Of a DNA stretch of 64,000 nt, positions 49,992 through 59,042 are shown piece after piece. Position numbers and translations under genes: made by a program. Numbering within the stretch: the stretch's first letter is position 1; every line of letters begins with the position of its first letter. The notes under the pieces are model-generated. The model had not been told where the DNA came from. It did no database searches and saw nothing but the letters and a program-made list of their open reading frames with translations. The stretch is taken from contig JBBKWI010000197.1 of assembly GCA_037968875.1 (NCBI GenBank), positions 6,748 through 70,747 on the forward strand. The letters are read 5' to 3'. The stretch is from Candidatus Sericytochromatia bacterium (GTDB lineage: Bacteria; Cyanobacteriota; Sericytochromatia; UBA7694).

Positions 49992-50105
49992 TGCCTCCGT
50001 GGTCTCAGTCTACTGCCAGTTTTTTGAAGTGACAAGCACAAGCAAACTGGCCGTTGCTGGAATCAAGCAACGGCCAGAAGTAATCAAAGAGTAAGAAGGT
50101 CTTGG

Positions 50106-51884
50106 TTAGAGCCCTTTGAGTTTGAGATAAGTCTCCAAATAGGCTTTGTATTCGTCAGCCAACGAGCTGCTATGCGACTGTAATAGGCCATCCAATTGCT
50201 GACGTGCCTGCTCAGCCGTGACTTTGCCTGTAAGCACTGAGGTCAGTAAAGTTACCACCTTGGCGTCTTTGATATTATTGAGATCCTGATTCAAAATCTC
50301 TTGAAAAGACTTCTCTAAGACATCGCTTTTCTCTGTGCCCGTGACCGGATCCGTATAGTTAATCGTCAGCTTAAACTGACCGCTGCCGAGCGTCGATTCG
50401 CCGTCCGTTTTGAAGCCTTCCAGAAAATACTGCGAGGTATTCGAAGAAAAGTGAATCGGCTGGACTTCACTGGCCACTTGCGAAGATTGCTCTGCCGCAG
50501 AATGTGTCCGTTCTAAACCAGCAGGATAGTCCAGGCGAAAGCGGACATCACGGGCTGCGATATCGACCAAAGAGAGAAAACGTTCTCCAAAAGCACGTGT
50601 GGCGTCTTTCTCAGTGATCACCGAGAAATAAGTCCCTTTACCTGCTTCGGTCAGGGTATTCAAAAATCCTTCATTAAAACGCTCTCCAAAGCCCAGGCCT
50701 GAGAAATAGATCCCTTCGAGGTCATTAATCCGTGCATTTTCAGAAATCACGCTAGCATCGACGCTGCCCTGATTGGCAAAGGCATCCGTCAACATAATCA
50801 CGCGATTGGTTTTCTTGGGGTCAAAAATCTTCTGGGCTTGCTCATAACCGGTTTTGAGGCCCGCATTTAAATTGGTGCCCCCCTCGGTTTTGAGAGCATC
50901 GATCGCTTTATTCCAGGCAGAAGCATCCCCTGAATAAGCCAGAGCATCAATCAAGATACGCGTGCCCGTCGAAAAAGTCACCAGACTGACCACATCGCCC
51001 GCTTTCAATTGTTGGGGCAAGGCTTTTAAGCCTTTTTTGGCAATCTCCAATAAGCTATTAGCGCTGCCATTTTCGCTCAGAGCAACAGAACCATTATTCA
51101 TTGAGCCAGAAACATCCAGGACCAAGGTTAAAGCCAAATTCCGGCGCTGTGACAGGCTCGTTTCCGGCCCGACTACATGCACGCCCAGATCATAAGCTGT
51201 TTGATTGTCTTGACCCGGAGTCTGGTGCTGCCAGAGCCCCATCGATACTTTAAAGGTTTCTTTTGTTTCTAAGCCTTGTTGTGCAAAGGGCTCAAAACTC
51301 AAGAACTCCCAGGGACGCACCCAGGAAGCCTGCGGCAGCGAAGGAGAAGCTTTGCTCAAAGCGAATTTGGTTTGCTCAACCCCGGCCGTACTGGCTGAGT
51401 CGTCATAAGAAAAATAGAAAAATTGCTGATTCTGCTGGACTTCAGCTGAAGCCGAAACCGTAGGAGTCGGTTCTGAACTGGCGCTAGCCGAGGCTTGAGG
51501 TTTCGGCTGTGCCGTAGCTTCTGCCGTAGGCTGCGGCTCGGGTTGGCTAATTATTGCACTACTATCGTCGGCTGCAGTCGGTGCTGGTGCGCCTGCGGCA
51601 ATATCGGTTCCGGCACTATAGCCGCCGCCAGTAGTCTGATTCACGCCGGCAACTTCACCCTCCATATTTCGGCTTTTATCAGCTCGCTGCATCGCTGAAG
51701 TCGGTAGATTCAAACCCAGATTAACCCCATCCAAGGGCTTGGGACCTTTGGGTTGCGGTGTAATCCCGAGACTAGAGCTAGGGCGAATATCTGAGGGATT
51801 CACATTAGTGCCACCAATATCACTACAAGCTGTATTTAAACTTAAGGCGAGCAAGCCCACCACAGTCCAGGTTATTTTCTTCAT
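50106..51884 (-). CDS. Secreted/lipoprotein von Willebrand factor A (VWA) domain protein with low-complexity N-terminal region
   Basis: Signal peptide (..LSLNTAC). A/P/T/S-rich region of about 150 aa. VWA MIDAS motif LVLDVSGSMNN...TNL...MLTDAFAN. Confidence 0.7.
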   Translation of the reverse strand: MKKITWTVVGLLALSLNTACSDIGGTNVNPSDIRPSSSLGITPQPKGPKPLDGVNLGLNLPTSAMQRADKSRNMEGEVAGVNQTTGGGYSAGTDIAAGAPAPTAADDSSAIISQPEPQPTAEATAQPKPQASASASSEPTPTVSASAEVQQNQQFFYFSYDDSASTAGVEQTKFALSKASPSLPQASWVRPWEFLSFEPFAQQGLETKETFKVSMGLWQHQTPGQDNQTAYDLGVHVVGPETSLSQRRNLALTLVLDVSGSMNNGSVALSENGSANSLLEIAKKGLKALPQQLKAGDVVSLVTFSTGTRILIDALAYSGDASAWNKAIDALKTEGGTNLNAGLKTGYEQAQKIFDPKKTNRVIMLTDAFANQGSVDASVISENARINDLEGIYFSGLGFGERFNEGFLNTLTEAGKGTYFSVITEKDATRAFGERFLSLVDIAARDVRFRLDYPAGLERTHSAAEQSSQVASEVQPIHFSSNTSQYFLEGFKTDGESTLGSGQFKLTINYTDPVTGTEKSDVLEKSFQEILNQDLNNIKDAKVVTLLTSVLTGKVTAEQARQQLDGLLQSHSSSLADEYKAYLETYLKLKGL

Positions 51885-53086
51885 TTTTGATTCTCCTTCA
51901 GCAATTTTTCAAAGGCCAGCGGGCGTTGACTGCGTAAAAACTCTAAGTCAGGATCACGTTGGGCTTCTGAGCGAATATGGGCATCGGAATCGTGCCGAAA
52001 AGCACGCGCTAAAGCCAGCAGAGCTCGCTCTAAATCGGAAGCATCAGAAGCAGTCTGGGCATGATCTGCGGCCTGCTGACGCTGGCTATGCAAGCAAGCC
52101 TCTAGATAATGCACCAGCCAATAATCAGGATTAAAGGCTGAGAGTAAGCCCAGAGTAAGCTCAGCCTGGTCATAGTGCTGGGCCTGGGTATAAGCATGGG
52201 CCAAAAACGCAGCCGACTCCATCAGGGGCTGAGGCCCCAGACTTTCTTTTTGGGGGTTGGTTAAGAGACGGCGATAGGCCTGAATAGTTCCTTCCCAGGC
52301 AGCTGGCTGCTGGAGTAAATAGGCCCGGTTAAATAATAAGCGGGCGTATTCATCCTGAATATAAACATCTTCGGGCGCCTGAACCAAAGCCTCTTCAAAG
52401 TGAGTCAAAGCACTTTGATAGCCTGCTAAGGCTTGCTGTTTCGCTTCAAGAGATCCAGCGGCAGCCTCAGGCATCTGATGATGGGCTTCCATAAAGTAGA
52501 TCGCACCTAAGTTAAAGGTCAAATCACCAAGGGAAACTGAATCCGAAGCCTGCATTTGGAACTGTTTAAGAGCCGTCTCTTGATTGATGCGAGCAGCCTG
52601 ATAATTGCCTTTACTGAGCTCTAATTGGGCCAATAAGGACTGCATTTGTACGGTTTCAGTAAATTGCTGCAGCCCGCTTTGGATACGCTCCTGGGCCTGT
52701 GTGTAACGCTCAGAACGGATCAAGGCCATCATCAAGCGGGAGTAGATCTGGAAATTATCGGGCTGCAGACTCAGGGCCTGCTCATAGCTTTGGAGCGCAT
52801 CTTGATAAGCATTCATCGCTCGCGCATTCATGGGTGCAAAACCCGACAAAACCAGAAGTTCATCGCGCAAAGGCTCAAACTCACCTGAATTTAAGGATTC
52901 GGCCAGCTTCAAAACCACTTCACGTGACGGCTGACGCCCTCCAGATTCCAAAAGGGAGATATAGGATTTGGAAACGCCAATCTGCTCAGCTAGTTTTTCC
53001 ATATTCAGTCCTTTTTCTTTGCGTAAAGCAGCCATTCTTATAGAGAAAGGACTCTTTCCGATCGACTTTTGTTTCCTTTTGGGCAC
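51881..53086 (-). CDS. XRE-family HTH transcriptional regulator fused to TPR repeats
   Basis: HTH motif MEKLAEQIGVSKSYISLLESG. Multiple TPR-like A/Y/L repeats. 4-bp overlap with the VWA gene. Confidence 0.75.
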   Translation of the reverse strand: MPKRKQKSIGKSPFSIRMAALRKEKGLNMEKLAEQIGVSKSYISLLESGGRQPSREVVLKLAESLNSGEFEPLRDELLVLSGFAPMNARAMNAYQDALQSYEQALSLQPDNFQIYSRLMMALIRSERYTQAQERIQSGLQQFTETVQMQSLLAQLELSKGNYQAARINQETALKQFQMQASDSVSLGDLTFNLGAIYFMEAHHQMPEAAAGSLEAKQQALAGYQSALTHFEEALVQAPEDVYIQDEYARLLFNRAYLLQQPAAWEGTIQAYRRLLTNPQKESLGPQPLMESAAFLAHAYTQAQHYDQAELTLGLLSAFNPDYWLVHYLEACLHSQRQQAADHAQTASDASDLERALLALARAFRHDSDAHIRSEAQRDPDLEFLRSQRPLAFEKLLKENQK

Positions 53087-53185
53087 TTTTTTTCTCCTTT
53101 TTCAAGCATGCCCAGGCCTAAATTCAGAGGAGAATTTAGGCCTGGCTACTTTGGTTTAAGTCAGAAACAGTTTTATTTTAATCGC

Positions 53186-54265
53186 TTAACGAAGCGCTTC
53201 TGGGGGCAATGGAGCCGGTCCCGGCTCAATATCTTCGCCAAAATCTAGTTTGCCAGTATACAGCAGCGGCCGATTGAGATTTAATATCGCTCCGCTGACT
53301 GCATCGATCTCAACAAAGCCACTGGCATGACGTTCACCCGCATTAGAGGATCTCGTCAAAAAATTCACCGTAACAAAATAGCGACTGCTTTGTTCCTGGT
53401 TTTGGTTGAGCTGAATCTGCCACTGGGCGTCACTCGGAATCTGGGTGATGATTTGCTGATTGGGGTAGGCCCGCTCAGGGTAAACCGGATAACCCGGATT
53501 ACTGGCAGTGCTTTCAAGGGCCGCTTTGGCTTTGCGTTGAGCCGCATCGCTGTCCAGGCTCACTTTACTCAGATCTAAATTGGGCTCCCCCCAGACCATG
53601 CGATGTACACGAGTCTCTTTGTCAGTTAAATAAACCAGCAAACTTTCTTTGCGCTTGTCTGAAGTCCAACGGAATAAATAATTGAGCTTGATTTGAGCGG
53701 GTTTGCCATTGTCATCAGGCAAGAAAAAGTCGTGTTCAGGACTGGCCGAGGCTCCCAAAAAAGCCTGACTTTCAGACAGTCTCGCGCTAGCGTCCCACTC
53801 TTTCATTAAGGGCTGTGCCGCTTGCTGATAAGCCGTTAGCAGAGATTGGGCTTTACTGAGCGGGAAAATACTTTCTTCGGCAAATTGTAAGACATATTGA
53901 TCAAAAGTGCCCCAGCCATAGCCGGGCATCATCAAACGCTCAGCACTGCTACCAGGAATACCTGATGCAGACGCATCTTGCCCAGCACGCTTCGGGGCTG
54001 AGATCGCGCCACCAGCTGTCGGGACAGTTGCAGCAGCCGGAGCAGAGCCTGTTACATTATTCCCATCAGCGCCTGATTCGGCTGTTTGACCGAATAAGTC
54101 CACTGAGAGACTGCGCTTACTCAGGGCGTTGGCAAACAAACCCTTGCCCGTTTGCTCGCCGTTGTTTACAGAAGGTGAAGCCGAGGGCTGAGTTGAAGGG
54201 CCACCGGGTAGATTAACGCCCTGGCAGGCCGTCAAAAAAGTAAGACTCAAGAGTAGACGTTTCAT
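53186..54265 (-). CDS. Lipoprotein of unknown function (paralogue 2 of tandem pair)
   Basis: Lipobox LTAC. Shares FDQYV.QFAEE, SEWDASARL.ES, RVHRMVWG.PN and NPGYPVYPE blocks with the upstream paralogue. Confidence 0.5.
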   Translation of the reverse strand: MKRLLLSLTFLTACQGVNLPGGPSTQPSASPSVNNGEQTGKGLFANALSKRSLSVDLFGQTAESGADGNNVTGSAPAAATVPTAGGAISAPKRAGQDASASGIPGSSAERLMMPGYGWGTFDQYVLQFAEESIFPLSKAQSLLTAYQQAAQPLMKEWDASARLSESQAFLGASASPEHDFFLPDDNGKPAQIKLNYLFRWTSDKRKESLLVYLTDKETRVHRMVWGEPNLDLSKVSLDSDAAQRKAKAALESTASNPGYPVYPERAYPNQQIITQIPSDAQWQIQLNQNQEQSSRYFVTVNFLTRSSNAGERHASGFVEIDAVSGAILNLNRPLLYTGKLDFGEDIEPGPAPLPPEALR

Positions 54266-55452
54266 TCGCGATCTCCAATCTGAGGAGCGGCCCCTCCATC
54301 CGTAGCAGAGGCAGAGTCCATCAGCTCAGGGGGAGGCCCCTCAGGACCTGGATAGCCCGGATAGGAAACGCCGCCACCATCATACTGACGGTAAATCACC
54401 GGACGGTTTAAGCTTTTGATTTCGCCCGTAATGGCATCGATCTCAATCGAACCACTCAGGTATTGATAAGGCGGGGCTATCGGGCGCGCAGGTGAAACAG
54501 CAACTCCGACAGGAGCATCCATCAATGCAGGCTCAACACCCAAAGGCATAGGATGCGGAACAGGAATCGGCAACGGCACGCCATCATTTCCCTGGCGAAA
54601 ATTAAAGTGCAAGAAATAACGCAATTGATCGCGGCTCTGTTGATTTAAACTCAGGTTCCAACTCAGCTCCTGTGGGAGTTCGTAGACCACCTGAGCACTG
54701 GTATCATTGGCCTCCGGGTAAACTGGATAGCCAGGGGATTGCGCACGGCTAGCAAAGGCTTTGCGGGCAATCTCCAAAGCCCGATCCGAATCAATTTTAA
54801 CCCGTGCGATTTCAATATTAGGTGAGCCCCAAACCATACGATGCACACGAATTTCCTTTTCAAGCACATAGATATTTAAAGTTTCTTTTTTAGAGCTTGA
54901 GGCAAAACGATAAACATAGAGTGGACGCAAACGTAGGGGTTTGTTTTCGTCCTGGCCAGGTAAATATATATACTCGTCGTCAGTGCCATTGACTTGTGCT
55001 CTACTCTCCAGCAGTCGGGCAGAAGCATCCCACTCGCTCAAAATCGGCTTGACGGACTGATTATAGACCTGCAATAAACTCGTGCCCTTAGGAGCTCCAT
55101 AGAGATTCTCTTCAGCAAATTGAATCACATATTGGTTAAAGTCATGCCCACCATAATAATAACCTGGCGCAATTGCTGGGCGAGAGACCGCAATATCGGC
55201 ACTGATAGCAGTGGCGACTTGAGCAAGACCAAAAGCAGGACTCTCAGCTAAAGCAGCAACAGGGACCATTTGACCATTGATCCGTGCCAAAGCCAGAGGG
55301 CGTTTTTGTAAGGCTGAAGCCAGAACCACGTGTTGACTTTGAATTGAGCTTGTTTGTGCGGCTTGTTGAATAGATCCATTGGGAATCGGGCCTGAGCAAG
55401 CCACCAATAAACTACTACAAAGCAAAGCAGAACATATGATGCGATAGGACAT
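54262..55452 (-). CDS. Lipoprotein of unknown function (paralogue 1 of tandem pair)
   Basis: Lipobox LVAC. Same conserved blocks as paralogue 2. 4-bp overlap with it. Pro/Gly-rich C-terminus. Confidence 0.5.
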   Translation of the reverse strand: MSYRIICSALLCSSLLVACSGPIPNGSIQQAAQTSSIQSQHVVLASALQKRPLALARINGQMVPVAALAESPAFGLAQVATAISADIAVSRPAIAPGYYYGGHDFNQYVIQFAEENLYGAPKGTSLLQVYNQSVKPILSEWDASARLLESRAQVNGTDDEYIYLPGQDENKPLRLRPLYVYRFASSSKKETLNIYVLEKEIRVHRMVWGSPNIEIARVKIDSDRALEIARKAFASRAQSPGYPVYPEANDTSAQVVYELPQELSWNLSLNQQSRDQLRYFLHFNFRQGNDGVPLPIPVPHPMPLGVEPALMDAPVGVAVSPARPIAPPYQYLSGSIEIDAITGEIKSLNRPVIYRQYDGGGVSYPGYPGPEGPPPELMDSASATDGGAAPQIGDRE

Positions 55453-55615
55453 AATAGAGAACCTCCAAAGTTAAGCTAATAAAACCAGCTTAGCATTATG
55501 TTTACATCATGTCAACAAGACCACCTAATGTAAACAACAAACCTTTTGGAAATCGGCCTAAAAAAAAATGACCGCCTAATCTAGACAGTCATACAAGGTT
55601 AAATCAAAGGTTAAA

Positions 55616-56095
55616 TCAAAAGGTTGCAGGAACCTGATATGATCTGCGATTGATAGATTGTTGCGGAGCCAGAGCGTTTTGAAAAACACGCTGAAAATTG
55701 AAGAAGCTCATGACATACCAAACCAGGAAAAAGGGAACCGCTAAAACAGCGGTTAAGAGCAGTGAGCTTTCAGTGGCTGCTTGAAACAGAGTAGAGAAAA
55801 ACAGAGTCGCGATAAAAGCAGTGTAAACACGCAGATCCAGGTTTAACAAACGTTCGATCCAGAGAGCAATACCGCTACTCTGAACTTGCACAGGCAATTG
55901 AGCAGTACGAGCTGGGCGATAAGCGAACTGGTCGCCTTGTTGGTAAGGCATGTAGGTTTCACCACCGGATTGGCGGTCGGGGCTACTGCCGCCAGATTTC
56001 AAAGCCGTTTGAGAGGCCTGGAAACTACCGCGGTTTTGAACGTTTTGTGCGCTTGTTAATTGCATCTTGTTAACCTTTTCTGAAGGCGCGAACAT
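55616..56095 (-). CDS. Hypothetical membrane protein
   Basis: 159 aa ORF. Polar N-terminus, then hydrophobic segments in the C-terminal half. Confidence 0.4.
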   Translation of the reverse strand: MFAPSEKVNKMQLTSAQNVQNRGSFQASQTALKSGGSSPDRQSGGETYMPYQQGDQFAYRPARTAQLPVQVQSSGIALWIERLLNLDLRVYTAFIATLFFSTLFQAATESSLLLTAVLAVPFFLVWYVMSFFNFQRVFQNALAPQQSINRRSYQVPATF

Positions 56096-56253
56096 TAAGT
56101 CCGCATAACCTTTACTTAACCTTGTTATATTTATCTTAATCTTTTTAATCTAAATTTGCAAGTGCTTTTTTAACACTTTTTCATGTTAAAATACGCAAAG
56201 CAAGTCATAACAAGGCTTAAGCTAATCTAAAAAAGATTTTAAATTATTAAGTA

Positions 56254-56760
56254 ATGGTTAAGAATAGATTTTTATTGCTTTACCTTGGGCTCTTTTGCAG
56301 CTGTCAAAGTCCCCTTGAGCACCTGAATACTGCTCCCATGAACCCAACGAGCTTAACCCGGCAGACTGTTTTTAGTGCCAAAGAAGGTTTAAGCGAAGCC
56401 CAGGGGCTAGCCAGCCAATGGGCAACTGATGCACGCCTCTTTAAAGTATCTAGCCCCTGGGTCGAGCAAGGAGGCCTCAGCAGTGAGTGGAGCTATCACT
56501 TTTATTCAAATCAAGCCATCAGCACATTCGTTGTCAAAGAGGGAGCTGGACTGACTGTTAGCAGCACACCATCAGCGACTTACCTTAGCCTAAAAGCAGG
56601 CTGGCTCGATAGCTCGCAAGTGACAGCTTTTACTCAAGTCAAAGCTTTTCGCTTTCCTTTATTGTCTATGCAAATTGATGCCGACGGGATCTGGCAGATA
56701 CGAACTGAATTTCAGACCTTGACTGTCACTGCTCATCCCAACAGTCAAATCTCCCCTTAG
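56254..56760 (+). CDS. Hypothetical secreted protein
   Basis: 168 aa with an N-terminal signal-like segment. AT-rich promoter-like region upstream. Confidence 0.4.
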   Translation: MVKNRFLLLYLGLFCSCQSPLEHLNTAPMNPTSLTRQTVFSAKEGLSEAQGLASQWATDARLFKVSSPWVEQGGLSSEWSYHFYSNQAISTFVVKEGAGLTVSSTPSATYLSLKAGWLDSSQVTAFTQVKAFRFPLLSMQIDADGIWQIRTEFQTLTVTAHPNSQISP

Positions 56761-56833
56761 GCTTCGACTTCTCATTCTCTGGCTTTTTGGGTTAGCATAC
56801 CTGCAATTGATGATAAGAAAGCAGCATTGAACC

Positions 56834-57730
56834 GTGTCTAAGTCCCCTTCTTCCTGGCAACTCTGGCTGATGGCAGCCCGCCCCCGTACGCTGGGAGCCG
56901 CTATTGCCCCCGTCATGGTCGGTTCTGCCATGGCTTTTGAAACCGGCGCCCGTGCATGGCTAGCCATGCTGGCCTGCCTGATTGGAGCGGTCTTGATTCA
57001 GATCGGCACCAATTTTGCCAATGATTATTTTGACTTTATTAAAGGTGCGGATACCCATGAGCGCGTCGGGCCGACACGAGTCACCCAGGCCGGTTTGATT
57101 CCACCCGCAAAAGTCAAATCCGCCTTTCTTTTGTCTTTTGGCCTGGTTGCTATCCCTGGCTTATACCTCAGTTGGGTAGGAGGATGGCCCGTCTTTCTGT
57201 TTGGCGCCTTATCAGTGGGGAGCGGTCTACTCTATACGGCAGGTCCGTTTGCACTTGCTTATTTGGGCCTGGGCGATATTTTTGTATTGATCTTTTTTGG
57301 GGGCGTCGCGACCTGCGGAACTTATTACGTGCAAACCCTGAGCCTGAGTCCAGAGATTTTTTGGGCTTCACTCGGTCCGGGACTCTTGTCCACGGCGATT
57401 CTGGTCGTCAATAATCTCAGAGATCGTCGTACAGATGCCTTAAGCAATAAAAAAACCCTGGCCGTGCGTTTTGGAGCCCGCTTTGTCCGGGCTGAATATT
57501 TGATCTGTGTGATCGGCGCCAGCCTGATCCCGCTCTGCATTTATTTATTCACAGGGGCCCAACACCTATTTTCGCTGTCTGCTTGCCTCGTGCTTTTATT
57601 GGCAGTTCCAGCCATACGCAAGGTTCTCAGCATGGAATCAGACCCTCGCTTGAACCCGGTTCTCGGAGAGACCGGTAAATTACTACTCATTTATAGCCTG
57701 CTCTTCTCGCTGGGTTGGCTGTTAAGCTAG
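56834..57730 (+). CDS. menA: 1,4-dihydroxy-2-naphthoate polyprenyltransferase (UbiA family)
   Basis: NDYFDFIKGAD prenyltransferase motif, second Asp-rich motif (NNLRDRRTD), about 8 TM helices. GTG start. Confidence 0.8.
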   Translation: MSKSPSSWQLWLMAARPRTLGAAIAPVMVGSAMAFETGARAWLAMLACLIGAVLIQIGTNFANDYFDFIKGADTHERVGPTRVTQAGLIPPAKVKSAFLLSFGLVAIPGLYLSWVGGWPVFLFGALSVGSGLLYTAGPFALAYLGLGDIFVLIFFGGVATCGTYYVQTLSLSPEIFWASLGPGLLSTAILVVNNLRDRRTDALSNKKTLAVRFGARFVRAEYLICVIGASLIPLCIYLFTGAQHLFSLSACLVLLLAVPAIRKVLSMESDPRLNPVLGETGKLLLIYSLLFSLGWLLS

Positions 57731-57858
57731 GCCCCAGGACGAGAGCGCCCATGAACTGTTCATTCAAATTAAATCTCAGCCAATCTACCGAATATCTTAT
57801 TGCAGGCGCCCGTCAGTAAAGTGCTATGATAAAATGCAAGCGAGAGTAAAACCCAAAA

Positions 57859-58704
57859 ATGCAAACCATTTCTTTTTCAAAAATGCAGGGGCTAGGTAAC
57901 GATTTTGTGCTGCTGGACAGCCAAAAATTGAGCCCCCAGCAATCGATTCCAGAGCTTGCCAAAACCCTGTGTGATCGCCATTTTGGCATTGGTGCCGACG
58001 GCTTGATTTTGTACTGGCCCAGTCAAGTCGCTGATGCGCGCATGCAAATTATGAATGCCGACGGCTCAGAAGCCGAAATGTGCGGTAATGGTCTGCGTTG
58101 TTTTGCCCAGTATCTGCAAGCAGAACACCAGATGGCCCCTGACTTACGAATAGAGACCGGTGCGGGGATCTTAGAAACCCAGATTCTGCCTGAAGCTCAG
58201 GTTCAGGTTCAAATGGGGCACCCGATCCTGGAAGCCGAAAAAATCCCGACGCAGGGTTTTTCGCGTAGCCCGGTAGTGTCACAGGCCATTCATGTCGGCG
58301 AACAGTCGTTTCCGATCACAGCCGTTTCGATGGGTAATCCCCACTGTGTGATTCGAATCCCAGACCTCGAACACGCCGAATGGCAGTACTGGGGAAAAGT
58401 GCTAGAGAAGCACCCAGCTTTCCCGGCCAAAACAAATGTTGAGTTCGTGCAAGAAATCAACGCCACAGAAGCCCGCGTTGCTGTCTGGGAGCGAGGCGTC
58501 GGACCCACCCTGGCTTGTGGAACCGGCGCTTGTGCCGTTTTGGTTGCTGGCGTATTGGGCGGCTGGTTAGATTCTCGTGCGACGATCCATTTACCGGGAG
58601 GGCCACTTGAAGTCGCCTGGCCGGAACAAACAGGTCCCGTCTGGTTGACGGGTCCAGCAAGACTCGTATTTAAAGGTGTTTATCATTGGGAGGAGACCCC
58701 GTAA
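57859..58704 (+). CDS. dapF: Diaminopimelate epimerase
   Basis: FSKMQGLGNDFVLLD N-terminus. Catalytic Cys motifs (MCGNG and ACGTGACA). Confidence 0.9.
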   Translation: MQTISFSKMQGLGNDFVLLDSQKLSPQQSIPELAKTLCDRHFGIGADGLILYWPSQVADARMQIMNADGSEAEMCGNGLRCFAQYLQAEHQMAPDLRIETGAGILETQILPEAQVQVQMGHPILEAEKIPTQGFSRSPVVSQAIHVGEQSFPITAVSMGNPHCVIRIPDLEHAEWQYWGKVLEKHPAFPAKTNVEFVQEINATEARVAVWERGVGPTLACGTGACAVLVAGVLGGWLDSRATIHLPGGPLEVAWPEQTGPVWLTGPARLVFKGVYHWEETP

Positions 58705-59042
58705 TGGCAGAAGTGAATATCAGTGAATTTCAAACGGAACCCGAAATCAGGGCCGCTGAAGCCGAAAAGAAGTTTATGCGTGCAGGTCATAAATTTGAAA
58801 TGGGAGATCTTGATGAAGCTCTGATGCTGATTCGCTCCTCCTTGAGTTTGTGTCCGGGTAACGCCAAATATCACTATAATGCAGGTTTTTTATATTGGCA
58901 AAAAGGTCTATTGGGCGTAGCAATTAATCACTATAAGCTCTTTGTGCGCTATGCCCCGGCCAATGATGAAAATTTGTACATTATTAAAGGGCGGATTAAA
59001 TACCTCGAAAATGAAACCCAAAAGCAAATGAAACGCAGATGA
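58704..59042 (+). CDS. Small TPR-like protein
   Basis: taATGg overlap with the dapF stop. GGGAGGAG RBS. TPR-like helices (YHYNAGFLYWQKGLLGVAINHYKLF). Confidence 0.5.
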   Translation: MAEVNISEFQTEPEIRAAEAEKKFMRAGHKFEMGDLDEALMLIRSSLSLCPGNAKYHYNAGFLYWQKGLLGVAINHYKLFVRYAPANDENLYIIKGRIKYLENETQKQMKRR

